Sequence record: BTPI01000018.1
Strand: one strand, 5' to 3'
DNA: 32,000 nucleotides
In this document: one piece after another, positions 17,787-27,431 of the stretch
Position numbering within the stretch: position 1 is the stretch's first letter
Layout: each line of letters starts with the position of its first letter
Notes under the pieces: model-generated
Databases searched by the model: none
What the model was told of the DNA's origin: nothing
What the model saw: only the letters and a program-made list of their open reading frames with translations
Program-made: the position numbers and the translations under genes

Positions 17787-18533
17787 ATGAACGCACTTAT
17801 ATTTCCTGTACGCAGTATTTTTTACCGTCATTTGTTTGAATTAAAATTGCGATTAGCTTATGTAATTTTTTCTTTATTCATAAGTTTTTTAACATGCTAT
17901 TACTATTGTTTTGAAATAATTTATATTTTTGCAAAACCGTTTTTGCAATACAGCAATCGTTTTATGTTTACTAATCTAGCTGAAGCCTTTTACACCAGCA
18001 TTGAAGTTTCTTTCTTATGTAGCCTATATACGGTGATCCCACTATTTTTATACCAATTCTGGTGTTTTATAATTCCAAGTAAATTTGAAAATGAACGAAA
18101 AAAGTTAAATTTTACGTTTTTTTCAATATTTATTTTTTTTATTATTAGCATTTTATTTGTATATTCGATATTTTTGCCGAAATTGTACGAATTTTTACTA
18201 AATTTTCAAATAAATACAAATCTGCTGCATATAGAATTACAAGCTCGAATTCAATCTTATGTTGAATTAGCATGTAAAATTTTTATTTTTTTCACTTTTT
18301 TTTTTCAACTGCCATTAATTTTTTTATCATTAGTGAAACATAAATGCATAAAATTATATTTTTTATTTGCAAATAGAAAAAAAATAGTGCTAATAAATTT
18401 AATGATTTCGTCTTTAATTTCACCTGTTGATATTTTTGCTCAACTTAGTCTAACTTTATTTGTCGTGATTTCTTTGGAAATTTTGTTTTTAATAGCTTTT
18501 TTTTACGAAAAAAAATTGGCATTTTACAAATAA
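17787..18533 (+). CDS. tatC: Sec-independent protein translocase TatC homologue (mttB/ymf16; 248 aa)
   Basis: The N-terminal HLFELKLRL (TatC hl.ELR.Rl), then F.F.NLAEAF......S......IPLFLYQFW.FIIPS....ERK (TatC P...YQ.w.F..PgL...E.k). The profile is multi-span and hydrophobic, and the size is right for mitochondrial TatC. Confidence 0.85.
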   Translation: MNALIFPVRSIFYRHLFELKLRLAYVIFSLFISFLTCYYYCFEIIYIFAKPFLQYSNRFMFTNLAEAFYTSIEVSFLCSLYTVIPLFLYQFWCFIIPSKFENERKKLNFTFFSIFIFFIISILFVYSIFLPKLYEFLLNFQINTNLLHIELQARIQSYVELACKIFIFFTFFFQLPLIFLSLVKHKCIKLYFLFANRKKIVLINLMISSLISPVDIFAQLSLTLFVVISLEILFLIAFFYEKKLAFYK

Positions 18534-18625
18534 AAATTTTCTCATGATTTTTTTTACAAAAAAAAATTATTTTTATGATTGTATGTTATATGAAATCAGG
18601 TATGAAATAAAAAATACTTTGTTGC

Positions 18626-18662
18626 TTGCTTTGCTAAAAAACTTCGTTTTTTAGCAAAGCAA
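18626..18662. repeat. Hairpin, 17-bp perfect stem with a 3-nt loop, downstream of tatC
   Basis: ttgctttgctaaaaaac (18626-18642), ttc, gttttttagcaaagcaa (18646-18662). The core aaaaaac-ttc-gtttttt recurs at 13244-13260. Confidence 0.9.
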
Positions 18663-18758
18663 TAAATTCCTAAAAAAATCAAAGATTTTCTTAATGAATT
18701 ATTACTTTTTATTATAACTTTAAACCGTTTTTTTACATTTAAATAAAAAGTTAATAAA

Positions 18759-18831
18759 GAGTACATAGCTCAATTGGTAGAGCATCGGGCTTTTAACCTG
18801 GTGGTCGCAGGTTCAAGTCCTGCTGTACTCA
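18759..18831 (+). tRNA. trnK: tRNA-Lys (UUU)
   Basis: 73-nt cloverleaf. Acceptor GAGTACA/TGTACTC, D arm GCTC-AATTGGTA-GAGC, anticodon stem TCGGG/CCTGG, loop CTTTTAA, T arm GCAGG-TTCAAGT-CCTGC. Confidence 0.9.
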
Positions 18832-19372
18832 GTTTAGTTTTATAATAAAAAACATGTAAATAAAAACATTCTTAAATATCAACAAATAGTATAAAATAAA
18901 AGTAAAATAAAAATAAAACTATTGTTTTGATAAAAAATAAATTTTTCGTTGCTTTTAAATACTTAATATTTAGTTTTTGTGTTTCATTAAATATCATATA
19001 AAATACAATTTATGTTATGTCAGGATTTTACTATTAAAACATGACATAAATTGCATGAAAAACAAGTTTTACATACTGTTTTATATCATAAATTTTTAAT
19101 TAAATTGTATCGATAATTTTAAACTTCAATTTTGTGATTTATAACTTATAACTTTTTTACTAAATAAAAAAAGAAATTTTTTTAAATGATGTTTAATAAA
19201 TATCTATTAATATACAAATACAATATATTTTTTTATATACTATATTAATTTTGTTTACATTAATTTAAATCTACAAACCATAGTGTATAAGGTGTACCAT
19301 TGAAGTAAAAATTTTTATATAAATTTAGTTTTTTATAGATGTTTGAGTTGCGTGTGAAATTAAAATAGGTAG

Positions 19373-19444
19373 TGGAGTGTAGCCAAGCGGTAAGGCATCG
19401 GATTTTGGTTCCGACATTCAAAGGTTCGAATCCTTTCACTCCAG
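19373..19444 (+). tRNA. trnQ: tRNA-Gln (UUG)
   Basis: 72-nt cloverleaf. Acceptor TGGAGTG/CACTCCA, anticodon stem TCGGA/TCCGA, loop TTTTGGT, T arm AAAGG-TTCGAAT-CCTTT. Confidence 0.9.
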
Positions 19445-19508
19445 ATTATTTTTATAAATGAAAAATACGTAGTTAAATGTATTTTTTAAATATATTTTAT
19501 TATTGTAA

Positions 19509-19581
19509 GCCAGCTTAACTCAATTGGTAGAGTATTAGTTTTGTAAACTAATTGTTATCGGTTCAATTCCGATAGTTGGCT
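19509..19581 (+). tRNA. trnT: tRNA-Thr (UGU)
   Basis: 73-nt cloverleaf. Acceptor GCCAGCT/AGTTGGC, D arm ACTC-AATTGGTA-GAGT, anticodon stem TTAGT/ACTAA, loop TTTGTAA, T arm ATCGG-TTCAATT-CCGAT. Confidence 0.9.
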
Positions 19582-19699
19582 ATAAACAGTAAAATACAAA
19601 ATCTGTACATATGAATTTATAAAAATTTGTGTATTGTGTTTTATCTGCTAAAATAGTATTTATATGTATAATACAAATAAAAAATTTAAAAATTTATTA

Positions 19700-19774
19700 T
19701 CGAGAAAAACGGGACTTGAACCCGCAGCCTTTGGCGTGACAAGCCAATGCTCTAACCAATTGAGCTATATCCTC
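19700..19774 (-). tRNA. trnD: tRNA-Asp (GUC) with an apparent 8-nt anticodon loop
   Basis: 75-nt fold. Acceptor GAGGATA/TTTTCTC (one T-T mismatch), D arm GCTC-AATTGGTTA-GAGC, anticodon stem TTGGC/GCCAA enclosing TTTGTCAC (8 nt, GTC read from the 3' side), T arm GCGGG-TTCAAGT-CCCGT. Confidence 0.78.
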
Positions 19775-19799
19775 TAGCACATATGTTCTGACATGTTTC

Positions 19800-19870
19800 G
19801 CGAGTATAGATTAAAGGTAAATTTTCTGTTTTCCACACAGGTGATATGGGTTCAATTCCCATTACTCGCT
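19800..19870 (+). tRNA. trnG: tRNA-Gly (UCC)
   Basis: 71-nt cloverleaf. Acceptor GCGAGTA/TACTCGC, D arm GATT-AAAGGTA-AATT, anticodon stem TCTGT/ACAGG, loop TTTCCAC, 4-nt variable region, T arm ATGGG-TTCAATT-CCCAT. Confidence 0.85.
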
Positions 19871-20335
19871 GCTTTTTTCTTATTTTTAATTTTGAAATAA
19901 TCATTTTTATTTTTGATGGGTGCGTTGTATTTTATATTTTAAAAAAATGTTACTTTTCCAAATCTACATTACACAGGTATTTACAAAAAAATATAACTTT
20001 TTTGTAAGTAATATTGAGTAAATCATTTACACAAATAGGTTTAATTTAAAAGTGAAAGTCAGTAGATTATTATAATGTATAATAAAATATTAAATTCAAA
20101 TAATTCAATTAAATTAGATATCAAAAACTCGGTTAATACAATTTAGTGCTAAAATTTCTATAAAAAATTTTAATAAAAATATAAGTCTGCATTGTAAATT
20201 ACAAAAATTGAGAATTTATGTTATTTAAGTAAAATACAAATATTTTACATGTTGTCACAAATAATTTTAGTTAAGGTAAAAAATTTTCACATTCAAACAT
20301 TTGCATTGTATAATTAATATTAAATAAAAACATAA

Positions 20336-20409
20336 GTTTAGGTAGCTCAGTTGGTTAGAGCAAAGGACTGAAAATCCTTGTGTCGGAGGTTCAAATCTTC
20401 CTCTAAACA
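20336..20409 (+). tRNA. trnF: tRNA-Phe (GAA)
   Basis: 74-nt cloverleaf. Acceptor GTTTAGG/TCTAAAC, D arm GCTC-AGTTGGTTA-GAGC, anticodon stem AAGGA/TCCTT, loop CTGAAAA, T arm GGAGG-TTCAAAT-CTTCC. Confidence 0.92.
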
Positions 20410-20427
20410 TAATTTAATGAATTCCCA

Positions 20428-20466
20428 GGTAGTTGTAAAAAATATGAGATACTTTTTATTACAACC
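20428..20466 (+). repeat. Dispersed repeat family E (imperfect hairpin), copy E2
   Basis: ggtagttgtaaaaaatatgagatactttttattacaacc, compared with 27222-27260 ggtagttgtaaaaaatatgaaatattttttattgctacc. A partial copy, agtagttgtaaaaaatact, lies at 4031-4049. Confidence 0.82.
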
Positions 20467-20627
20467 AAAAAATAGTTATTATTAAATTTTAATATTTATA
20501 GAAAATATTAAAATTTCCATTATATATTTTTTGTAAAATAAAAATAGTATTTTATTTGTTTATAATATAAATGTATTGAATAAAATTTTGAAAAATTCTA
20601 AAGTGCTGTTTTTTATTTTTTTAAAAT

Positions 20628-20714
20628 GGAAGAATGGCCGAGTGGCTTAAGGCAATAGCTTGCTAAGCTGTCATACAATTTTTTGTATCATGGGTTCGAA
20701 TCCCTTTTCTTCCA
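20628..20714 (+). tRNA. trnS: tRNA-Ser (GCU), class II with long variable arm
   Basis: 87 nt. Acceptor GGAAGAA/TTCTTCC, D arm GCCG-AGTGGCTTAA-GGC, anticodon stem ATAGC/GCTGT, loop TTGCTAA, variable arm ATACAA-TTTT-TTGTAT, T arm (A)TGGG-TTCGAAT-CCC(T)T. Confidence 0.88.
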
Positions 20715-20910
20715 ATTATCGATTCTAATGTTTTAAATTGCAACAATATATCAATAAAACAAAAAGTTTTGGTAGTTTTTGTAGAAATAAAATTATATAG
20801 TAAAAAAGCAAAAATTTCTCAAATCAGCTGTTGTTTTATTTGCTTTTCTTTAATAAATTTATTATTTAAGCAAATAAAAACTTAAATGTGTGGTTACAGT
20901 TTCTATTTAA

Positions 20911-20964
20911 TGCAAACTTTTAGTAGTAAATTTAAAAATTATTATTTACTACTAAAAGTTTGCA
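20911..20964. repeat. Inverted repeat, 21-bp perfect stem with a 12-nt loop, 42 nt upstream of trnA
   Basis: tgcaaacttttagtagtaaat (20911-20931) and atttactactaaaagtttgca (20944-20964). Confidence 0.9.
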
Positions 20965-21006
20965 AACATATTTTTTCTACTTTACGTAGATATATACTTT
21001 TTTTCA

Positions 21007-21079
21007 GGGAACATAATTTAGCTGGTAGAATGCATGCTTTGCACGTATGATGTCATCGGTTCGAGTCCGATTGTTTCCA
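21007..21079 (+). tRNA. trnA: tRNA-Ala (UGC)
   Basis: 73-nt cloverleaf. Acceptor GGGAACA/TGTTTCC, including the G3-T70 wobble that is the alanine identity element. Anticodon stem CATGC/GTATG, loop TTTGCAC, T arm ATCGG-TTCGAGT-CCGAT. Confidence 0.92.
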
Positions 21080-21707
21080 GTTCATGAAATAAATAAATCA
21101 CATGCAGTAAACTATTGTAAACTAAGTGTTTTTTGTAATGAAAAAATAAGTTTTTTTTTATAAAAACTGTTTATATGTAGTAATAAAGATTTCTAATTTT
21201 TGTAATTGGTGTATTATTTAAAATTTCTGATTTTTACTGATACCATCTAAAATTTTTAAATAGAAAAATAAAATACAAAAAATCTACAAATTTACAGCTA
21301 TTTACAAGTATTTCCAAGTATTTGAAATTGTTAGCTGGCATTTTGTTTAATGTGAGTTTGTTTAAATAGTAACCAAATTATTTATTAAAAAAGTAATAAA
21401 AATAACGTAGAATACTTATAAAGATATTAAAAATAATTGAAAAAATAAAATTTTTTTGCTGTATTTTTTACGCTTTATACTAAATAATACTAAATAATAG
21501 TGAAGATTTAATTGTTTACCAACAAAAATCGTTGATTCTACTATAAAAAATTTAAATTTAAAATTAAAAGTATTTAAATTCATAATATTTACAAAAACAA
21601 ATAAATTATTTTTATTAATATACATTAATTACATTATAAAAAAGTTTTTTCATTAATTTGTTTTTTCTTCGGTATTTCACTCTAATAACAAAAATGTTTC
21701 AAAAATT

Positions 21708-23723
21708 ATGTATTTACTCATAGTTTTATTGCCGTTGTTGGCAAGTTTAATAGCAGGTGGTTTTGGCCGTTTTCTTGGATTTAGAGGGGCTGCTTTAATT
21801 ACAACAAGTTGTATTTTTATTTCTGCATTTTTAAGTTGTATTGTTTTTTATGAGGTAGCATTATCTGGAAGCTGTTGTTATATTAAGCTATCTCCTTGGT
21901 TTTTTTCTGAAATGTTTGATGCTTGCTGGGGTTTTTATTTTGATAGTTTGACAGCGGTGATGCTTATAGTGGTAACCTTTGTAAGTAGTTTGGTTCATCT
22001 TTATTCTATATCCTATATGTCTACAGATGCGCATATTCCACGTTTTATGTGTTATCTTTCAATTTTTACTTTTTTTATGTTAATGCTGATTACGGCTGAT
22101 AATTTTATACAAATGTTTTTTGGCTGGGAAGGCGTAGGATTAGCTTCTTATCTTTTAATTAGTTTTTGGTTTACAAGACTTCAAGCGTCTAAGTCTTCGA
22201 TAAAAGCAATGATAATGAATAGAATAGGAGACTTTGGACTAGCACTTGGAATAATGGGAGTTTTTTCCATTTTTAAGACTGTAGATTTCCCAGTAATTTT
22301 TGCATGTGTAAATGAATTTGCAGACATAAAATTTATTTTTTGCAACATACAGCTTAGTGCATTAAACACCATATGTATCTTACTATTTATAGGTGCTGTT
22401 GGTAAATCTGCCCAACTTGGATTACATACTTGGTTACCTGATGCAATGGAAGGTCCTACACCTGTGTCAGCATTAATTCATGCAGCTACCATGGTAACTG
22501 CGGGAGTTTTTATGATTGCTAGATGTTCACCCCTGTTTGAATTCGCTCCTACAGCATTAATAATTGTTACTTTAGTTGGTGCAATGACTTGTTTTTTTGC
22601 AGCTACTACGGGAATAGTGCAAAATGATTTGAAAAGAGTGATAGCCTATTCTACATGTAGTCAATTAGGATACATGGTATTTGCTTGTGGAATTTCCAAT
22701 TATTCTGTTGGTGTTTTTCATTTAATGAATCACGCGTTTTTTAAAGCTTTACTTTTCTTGAGTGCTGGTTCAGTTATTCACGCAATAAGTGATGAACAAG
22801 ATATGAGAAAAATGGGAGGTATTGTGCAAGTTTTACCTTTTACCTATGCTATGATGTTGATAGGATCTTTTTCACTAGTTGGTTTTCCTTTTTTAACAGG
22901 ATTTTATTCGAAAGATTTAATTTTAGAAGTAGCTTATGCGAAATACACCATAAGTGGGAATTTTGCTTATTGGTTAGGATGTATTTGTGTATTATTTACT
23001 TCTTATTATTCTTTTCGTTTACTATTTTTGACTTTTTTGGCTCCAAGTGCAATATACAAAAAATCTGTTACTACAACTCACGATGCCCCATTGATTATGG
23101 CTATACCGTTAATTATTTTAGCTTTTGGCAGTATATTTGTCGGCTATTTATTCAAAGATATGATGGTAGGTTTAGGGAGTGATTTTTGGGGTAATTCTAT
23201 TTTTATTTTACCAAAAAATGTTTTATTGTTAGAGTCTGAATACATTCCACAAAATGTAAAATTTATACCTTTAATTTTTACGCTTTCGGGAGGATTTTTA
23301 GCCTTCATTATAAATTATTATAGCACAAAACAAAGTTATACTTTCAAGCAAACAAATATTGCAAAAAAGTTATATTATATGTTTAACAAAAGATGGTTTT
23401 TTGATAAAGTGTATAATGATTTTATTGGAGAAAAAGCTCTACAATTTGGATATAATACTTCATTTAAAACATTAGATAAAGGATGTTTTGAAATTATAGG
23501 TCCGTTTGGAATCTCAGTGTTTTTTCAACAATTTACATATCATATAAGTAAATTACAAAGTGGTATTATATATCATTATGCTGTAATTATGTTAATAGGT
23601 TTAACTTTATTAATTATGATTATAGGTTTATGGGATTTTTTACAATTTTTTGTTGATAGTAAATTATATGTAATTTACGTAAGTAGTTTTATTTTTTATA
23701 ACTATTATTGTAAACCATATTAA
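21708..23723 (+). CDS. nad5: NADH dehydrogenase subunit 5 (671 aa)
   Basis: [20 protein letters not shown]...KA...[40 protein letters not shown]...R, KR.IAYST.SQLGYM. Full-length continuous Nad5. Confidence 0.97.
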   Translation: MYLLIVLLPLLASLIAGGFGRFLGFRGAALITTSCIFISAFLSCIVFYEVALSGSCCYIKLSPWFFSEMFDACWGFYFDSLTAVMLIVVTFVSSLVHLYSISYMSTDAHIPRFMCYLSIFTFFMLMLITADNFIQMFFGWEGVGLASYLLISFWFTRLQASKSSIKAMIMNRIGDFGLALGIMGVFSIFKTVDFPVIFACVNEFADIKFIFCNIQLSALNTICILLFIGAVGKSAQLGLHTWLPDAMEGPTPVSALIHAATMVTAGVFMIARCSPLFEFAPTALIIVTLVGAMTCFFAATTGIVQNDLKRVIAYSTCSQLGYMVFACGISNYSVGVFHLMNHAFFKALLFLSAGSVIHAISDEQDMRKMGGIVQVLPFTYAMMLIGSFSLVGFPFLTGFYSKDLILEVAYAKYTISGNFAYWLGCICVLFTSYYSFRLLFLTFLAPSAIYKKSVTTTHDAPLIMAIPLIILAFGSIFVGYLFKDMMVGLGSDFWGNSIFILPKNVLLLESEYIPQNVKFIPLIFTLSGGFLAFIINYYSTKQSYTFKQTNIAKKLYYMFNKRWFFDKVYNDFIGEKALQFGYNTSFKTLDKGCFEIIGPFGISVFFQQFTYHISKLQSGIIYHYAVIMLIGLTLLIMIIGLWDFLQFFVDSKLYVIYVSSFIFYNYYCKPY

Positions 23724-23752
23724 GAATCAAAACTTTTTTTTTAAAAAAATTC

Positions 23753-23806
23753 TAGCAGTATTTAAACAATGACAAAAATTGAAAATTTTTGTACCAGCTT
23801 ATTTCA
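23753..23806 (+). repeat. Repeat family B, copy B3 (second hairpin degenerate)
   Basis: tagcagtatttaaacaatg-ACAAAAATT-gaa-AATTTTTGT-accagcttatttcat. It starts 30 nt after the nad5 stop codon. Confidence 0.85.
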
Positions 23807-23870
23807 TAAATTAAAATTTAAATTATAAAAAGTTTAAATTTTAATTAAACATTATGTAAATACTGAATAT

Positions 23871-23929
23871 TTGCAGGAAACATTTTAATAAAAAATACAT
23901 AGTATTTTTGTAGTAAAATACCAAACGGT
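23871..23929 (-). repeat. Repeat family A, copy A4, inverted (5' block type I, 3' block type b)
   Basis: The reverse complement reads caccgtttggtattttactacaaaaatactatgtattttttattaaaatgtttcctgcaa. Confidence 0.9.
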
Positions 23930-24217
23930 GCTTTAAATTTAAATAAAAAAAATGCAGCACAGTTTTAATAAAATAAAATCAAAATTACTCGTTTAAATAG
24001 TATGCCTACTACTTGAAAAAAATGAAACTTTTTTGTACAAAAATTTTTTCTTTAAATTTAAACTAAGTAAAAAAGTTTTATTTTTTTATATGGCATACAA
24101 ATAAAAAGCTTAGTTTTTATTTTATATAAAAAATCATGCTTTTTTTTATTTTATAATATATTTACACTTTCAATGTATATTATTAAATTGTATACATAAA
24201 AATAAAAAACTTACATT

Positions 24218-24994
24218 ATGAAAATTTTGTTTATTTTAGCATTTTTCATTCCTTTTTTTAGCTTAAATGACGCTCCTGAACCTTGGCAACTAGGATTTCA
24301 GGATCCAGCAACACCAGTAATGCAAGGTATTATAGATTTGCATCATGATATATGTTTTTTTATGATTGTAGTAGCAGTATTTGTACTTTGGATGTTAACT
24401 CGTACATTGTACCATTTTCATGAAAGTAAGAATCCTGTTCCAGAAAAAATAATTCACGGAACTACTATTGAAATCGCTTGGACAATAGCTCCTAGCTTAG
24501 TTTTAGTTTTAATTGCTCTTCCATCTTTCGCTTTATTGTATAGCATAGATGAAGTAATTGATCCATCAGTTACTTTAAAAGCAATTGGTCATCAATGGTA
24601 TTGGTCTTATGAGTATTCGGATTATAACCAATCAGATGAGCCTGCTGTTGCTTTTGATAGTTATATGATTCCAGATGATGATTTGCAACCAGGCCAACTT
24701 CGATTATTAGAAGTTGACAACAGAGTAGTGGTGCCAGTTAATACTCATATAAGAATGATTATTACAGCTGCAGATGTACTTCATAGCTGGGCAGTACCTT
24801 CTTTGGGTGTAAAATGCGACGCTATTCCAGGTCGATTAAATCAGGTTGCTTTATTTGTAAAAAGAGAAGGCATTTTCTATGGACAATGTAGTGAATTATG
24901 CGGCGCCAATCATGCTTTCATGCCCATTGTAGTTGAAGCAGTTTCACTTGAAAATTATATTAATTGGATTTCTAATAAATTACAAGAATTATAA
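24218..24994 (+). CDS. cox2: Cytochrome c oxidase subunit 2 (258 aa)
   Basis: [53 protein letters not shown], and the copper-A site [23 protein letters not shown]....[26 protein letters not shown]. Confidence 0.97.
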   Translation: MKILFILAFFIPFFSLNDAPEPWQLGFQDPATPVMQGIIDLHHDICFFMIVVAVFVLWMLTRTLYHFHESKNPVPEKIIHGTTIEIAWTIAPSLVLVLIALPSFALLYSIDEVIDPSVTLKAIGHQWYWSYEYSDYNQSDEPAVAFDSYMIPDDDLQPGQLRLLEVDNRVVVPVNTHIRMIITAADVLHSWAVPSLGVKCDAIPGRLNQVALFVKREGIFYGQCSELCGANHAFMPIVVEAVSLENYINWISNKLQEL

Positions 24995-25232
24995 TTTTAA
25001 CGTCTACGAAATTATTATTATGTGATGCAATACAAAAAATAATTTTTGTATTTTACTTACATATAAAAAGCTTAAACTTTTTTTTGATAATTATAATGTT
25101 GTATTATCAAATATTATAAATTTTTGTAACAAATTAAATTATAATTAAATTACAAAAATAATTAGTAGGAAATTTAATATTATAATATTACTAAATTAAA
25201 TAATAAATTTAGTACATAGTAATTATCATTTG

Positions 25233-25281
25233 TGCGTTGCTTAAATCACAAAAGCAAAATTTTTGTAATTTAAGCAACGCA
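25233..25281. repeat. Inverted repeat, 14-bp stem with a 21-nt loop, in the cox2-cox3 spacer
   Basis: tgcgttgcttaaat (25233-25246) and atttaagcaacgca (25268-25281). Confidence 0.85.
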
Positions 25282-25585
25282 TAACTAAATATCTTTAAAA
25301 TTAATCATGAAATAAACATTTTAATTAAATAAAATTTTGTTTAATTGAAAAAAGTTATTTAAAAAAAAACCTTATTTTGTTACAATTTTCTGTTTGTTAT
25401 AAAAAATAAAATTTTAAACTGTAAAATAAAATTACTAATAAAAATTAGAAAGTTTTTTTAGCATGATGTAATTTCCAGTTTAATATTCAATTAAATTTAA
25501 CTAAGTTTAGTTATTAAATTATGTATGTAATACAAAGTTACAAATTAATTTGAAATTTTATTAAAAATTAAAAAAATCATTATTT

Positions 25586-26374
25586 ATGAGAAAACACCCT
25601 TTTCATTTAGTGGATCCAAGTCCTTGGCCTTTGTTTGGTTGCTTTGCAGCTTTCGTAACTACAGTTGGAGGTGTCATGTATATGCATGCTTATACTGGTG
25701 GAGGATTAATGCTTTTTTTTGGAAATATTATGATTGTTTACGTTATGTTTGTATGGTGGAGAGATGTAATTAGAGAGGCTACTTACCAGGGACACCATAC
25801 TTTACCAGTTCAAATAGGTTTGCGTTACGGAATGCTTTTATTTATTGTGTCTGAAATTATGTTTTTCTTAGCATTTTTTTGGGCTTTTTTTCATTCTAGT
25901 TTAGCTCCTAATGTAGAAATTGGTGCAGTTTGGCCACCAAAAGGTATTGAAGTTTTAAACCCATGGGAAGTACCTTTTTTAAATACTGTAATTTTGCTAT
26001 CTTCTGGAGCTGCAGTAACTTGGGCTCATCATGCAATACTTGCAGGATATAGACAACAGGCTATAGCTGGTTTGATTACTACCATTTTATTAGCAGTTTT
26101 TTTTACTGCATTTCAAGCTTACGAATATTTAGAAGCACCTTTTACAATTTCTGATGGTATTTATGGTTCTACTTTTTTTTTGTCTACTGGGTTTCACGGC
26201 TTTCATGTTATTATTGGAACTCTTTTTTTATTGGTTTGTTTAATTCGCTTAATTAATTTTCATTTTACAAAAAAACATCATTTTGGATTTGAAGCAGCAG
26301 CCTGGTATTGGCACATGGTTGATGTAATTTGGCTGTTTTTATTTGTTTGTGTGTATTATTGGGGCGGGGCTTAA
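25586..26374 (+). CDS. cox3: Cytochrome c oxidase subunit 3 (262 aa)
   Basis: [85 protein letters not shown]...Y.WG. Confidence 0.97.
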   Translation: MRKHPFHLVDPSPWPLFGCFAAFVTTVGGVMYMHAYTGGGLMLFFGNIMIVYVMFVWWRDVIREATYQGHHTLPVQIGLRYGMLLFIVSEIMFFLAFFWAFFHSSLAPNVEIGAVWPPKGIEVLNPWEVPFLNTVILLSSGAAVTWAHHAILAGYRQQAIAGLITTILLAVFFTAFQAYEYLEAPFTISDGIYGSTFFLSTGFHGFHVIIGTLFLLVCLIRLINFHFTKKHHFGFEAAAWYWHMVDVIWLFLFVCVYYWGGA

Positions 26375-27221
26375 GTAATATTTCAGTTTAAACGATAAAA
26401 AAAATGTTTAAGTAAAATTAACATTTATTTAATAAAATTGATATTTTATTTAAAACTTGAAAAAAAATTTGTATCTAAAAAATTTTTATATATTTATTTG
26501 GTTAAAAATTAGAACTTTAATTTTTTTTCACTAAAAAAACAATATTTCCTTTAAAAATCTTAGTTTTTATATTTAAGTAATAAAGGGTGCCCATAAAAAC
26601 TTTTCCTAAAAAAATAAAGTTTTTTTAAAGTCAGCAACCTTTAATTGGAATAAAATTTATACCGAGTAGAAATTTTATAATTACGAACTAAAATTTTACT
26701 AAAGCACAAAACATAAAATATAGCTATTTTGATTTTTTATAAGCTATTCTGTTTCATAAAAATAAAAAACATTTACTTTTTCGTTGAGAAGAAAATATTT
26801 TCAAATAAATGTTTAATTTATTTATGTTTAAATAATAAAAATAAAAGATTTTTTATAGTGAACTAAGTAGTCAAAAAACTTAATAGCCATTATAACTGTT
26901 ATTAAAAAAAAAATTATAAATTTTTATTACAACTAAATAGTTAAGTATTTTTTTTTAACGAAAAATAATTTACTGATACTAAACTTACAAGTCATTATAT
27001 TTAATATCAGTTTGTAATATTATACTAACAAAAATCATTATTTTATACTAACTATAACTAGATTTTCTAATGTAATGGAATTTTTAATTAATTAAATCAT
27101 TTGACAAAATTTATTTTCTGAAAAAAACAATTACATTAAAAAATCTAGTTATAATACTAAAAAAAATTCGTTTGTATGTAAATAAAAATTATTAGTCAAA
27201 AAAAAATTGTGCAAAATTTTT

Positions 27222-27260
27222 GGTAGTTGTAAAAAATATGAAATATTTTTTATTGCTACC
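27222..27260 (+). repeat. Dispersed repeat family E, copy E1
   Basis: See E2. It lies about 170 nt upstream of the rpl6 ATG. Confidence 0.82.
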
Positions 27261-27431
27261 TAATTAAAAAGCAAAGCTTTTTAACAAAAAATTGCTTTGC
27301 GACTAAAAAAGCAATTTTACACTTATAAGTTCATTATTGCTTTTTTTATAAAACAAACTGGTTATGGTAACACGTTTTTCACTTATCAATATCAGTATTT
27401 AAAAAAAATATTTTCAAAACATACATTAAAA

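Noticed and set aside
21416-21625. 69-aa ORF on the minus strand upstream of nad5
   Set aside because: It is N/F/K/L low-complexity and has no similarity that I can recognise to small mitochondrial proteins (atp8, atp9, nad4L, nad3, rps11). It is kept only as a very weak candidate that RNA-seq or proteomics could revive.
22181-23182. Two short ORFs (22181-22372 minus, 22970-23182 plus) inside nad5
   Set aside because: Both are alternative-frame or antisense ORFs within the continuous, well-conserved nad5 CDS.
27297-27431. Upstream extension of the rpl6 ORF from a TTG start
   Set aside because: The 45 extra residues are not L6-like, and the ATG at 27432 gives the expected L6 N-terminus (short leader, then I.IP..V).
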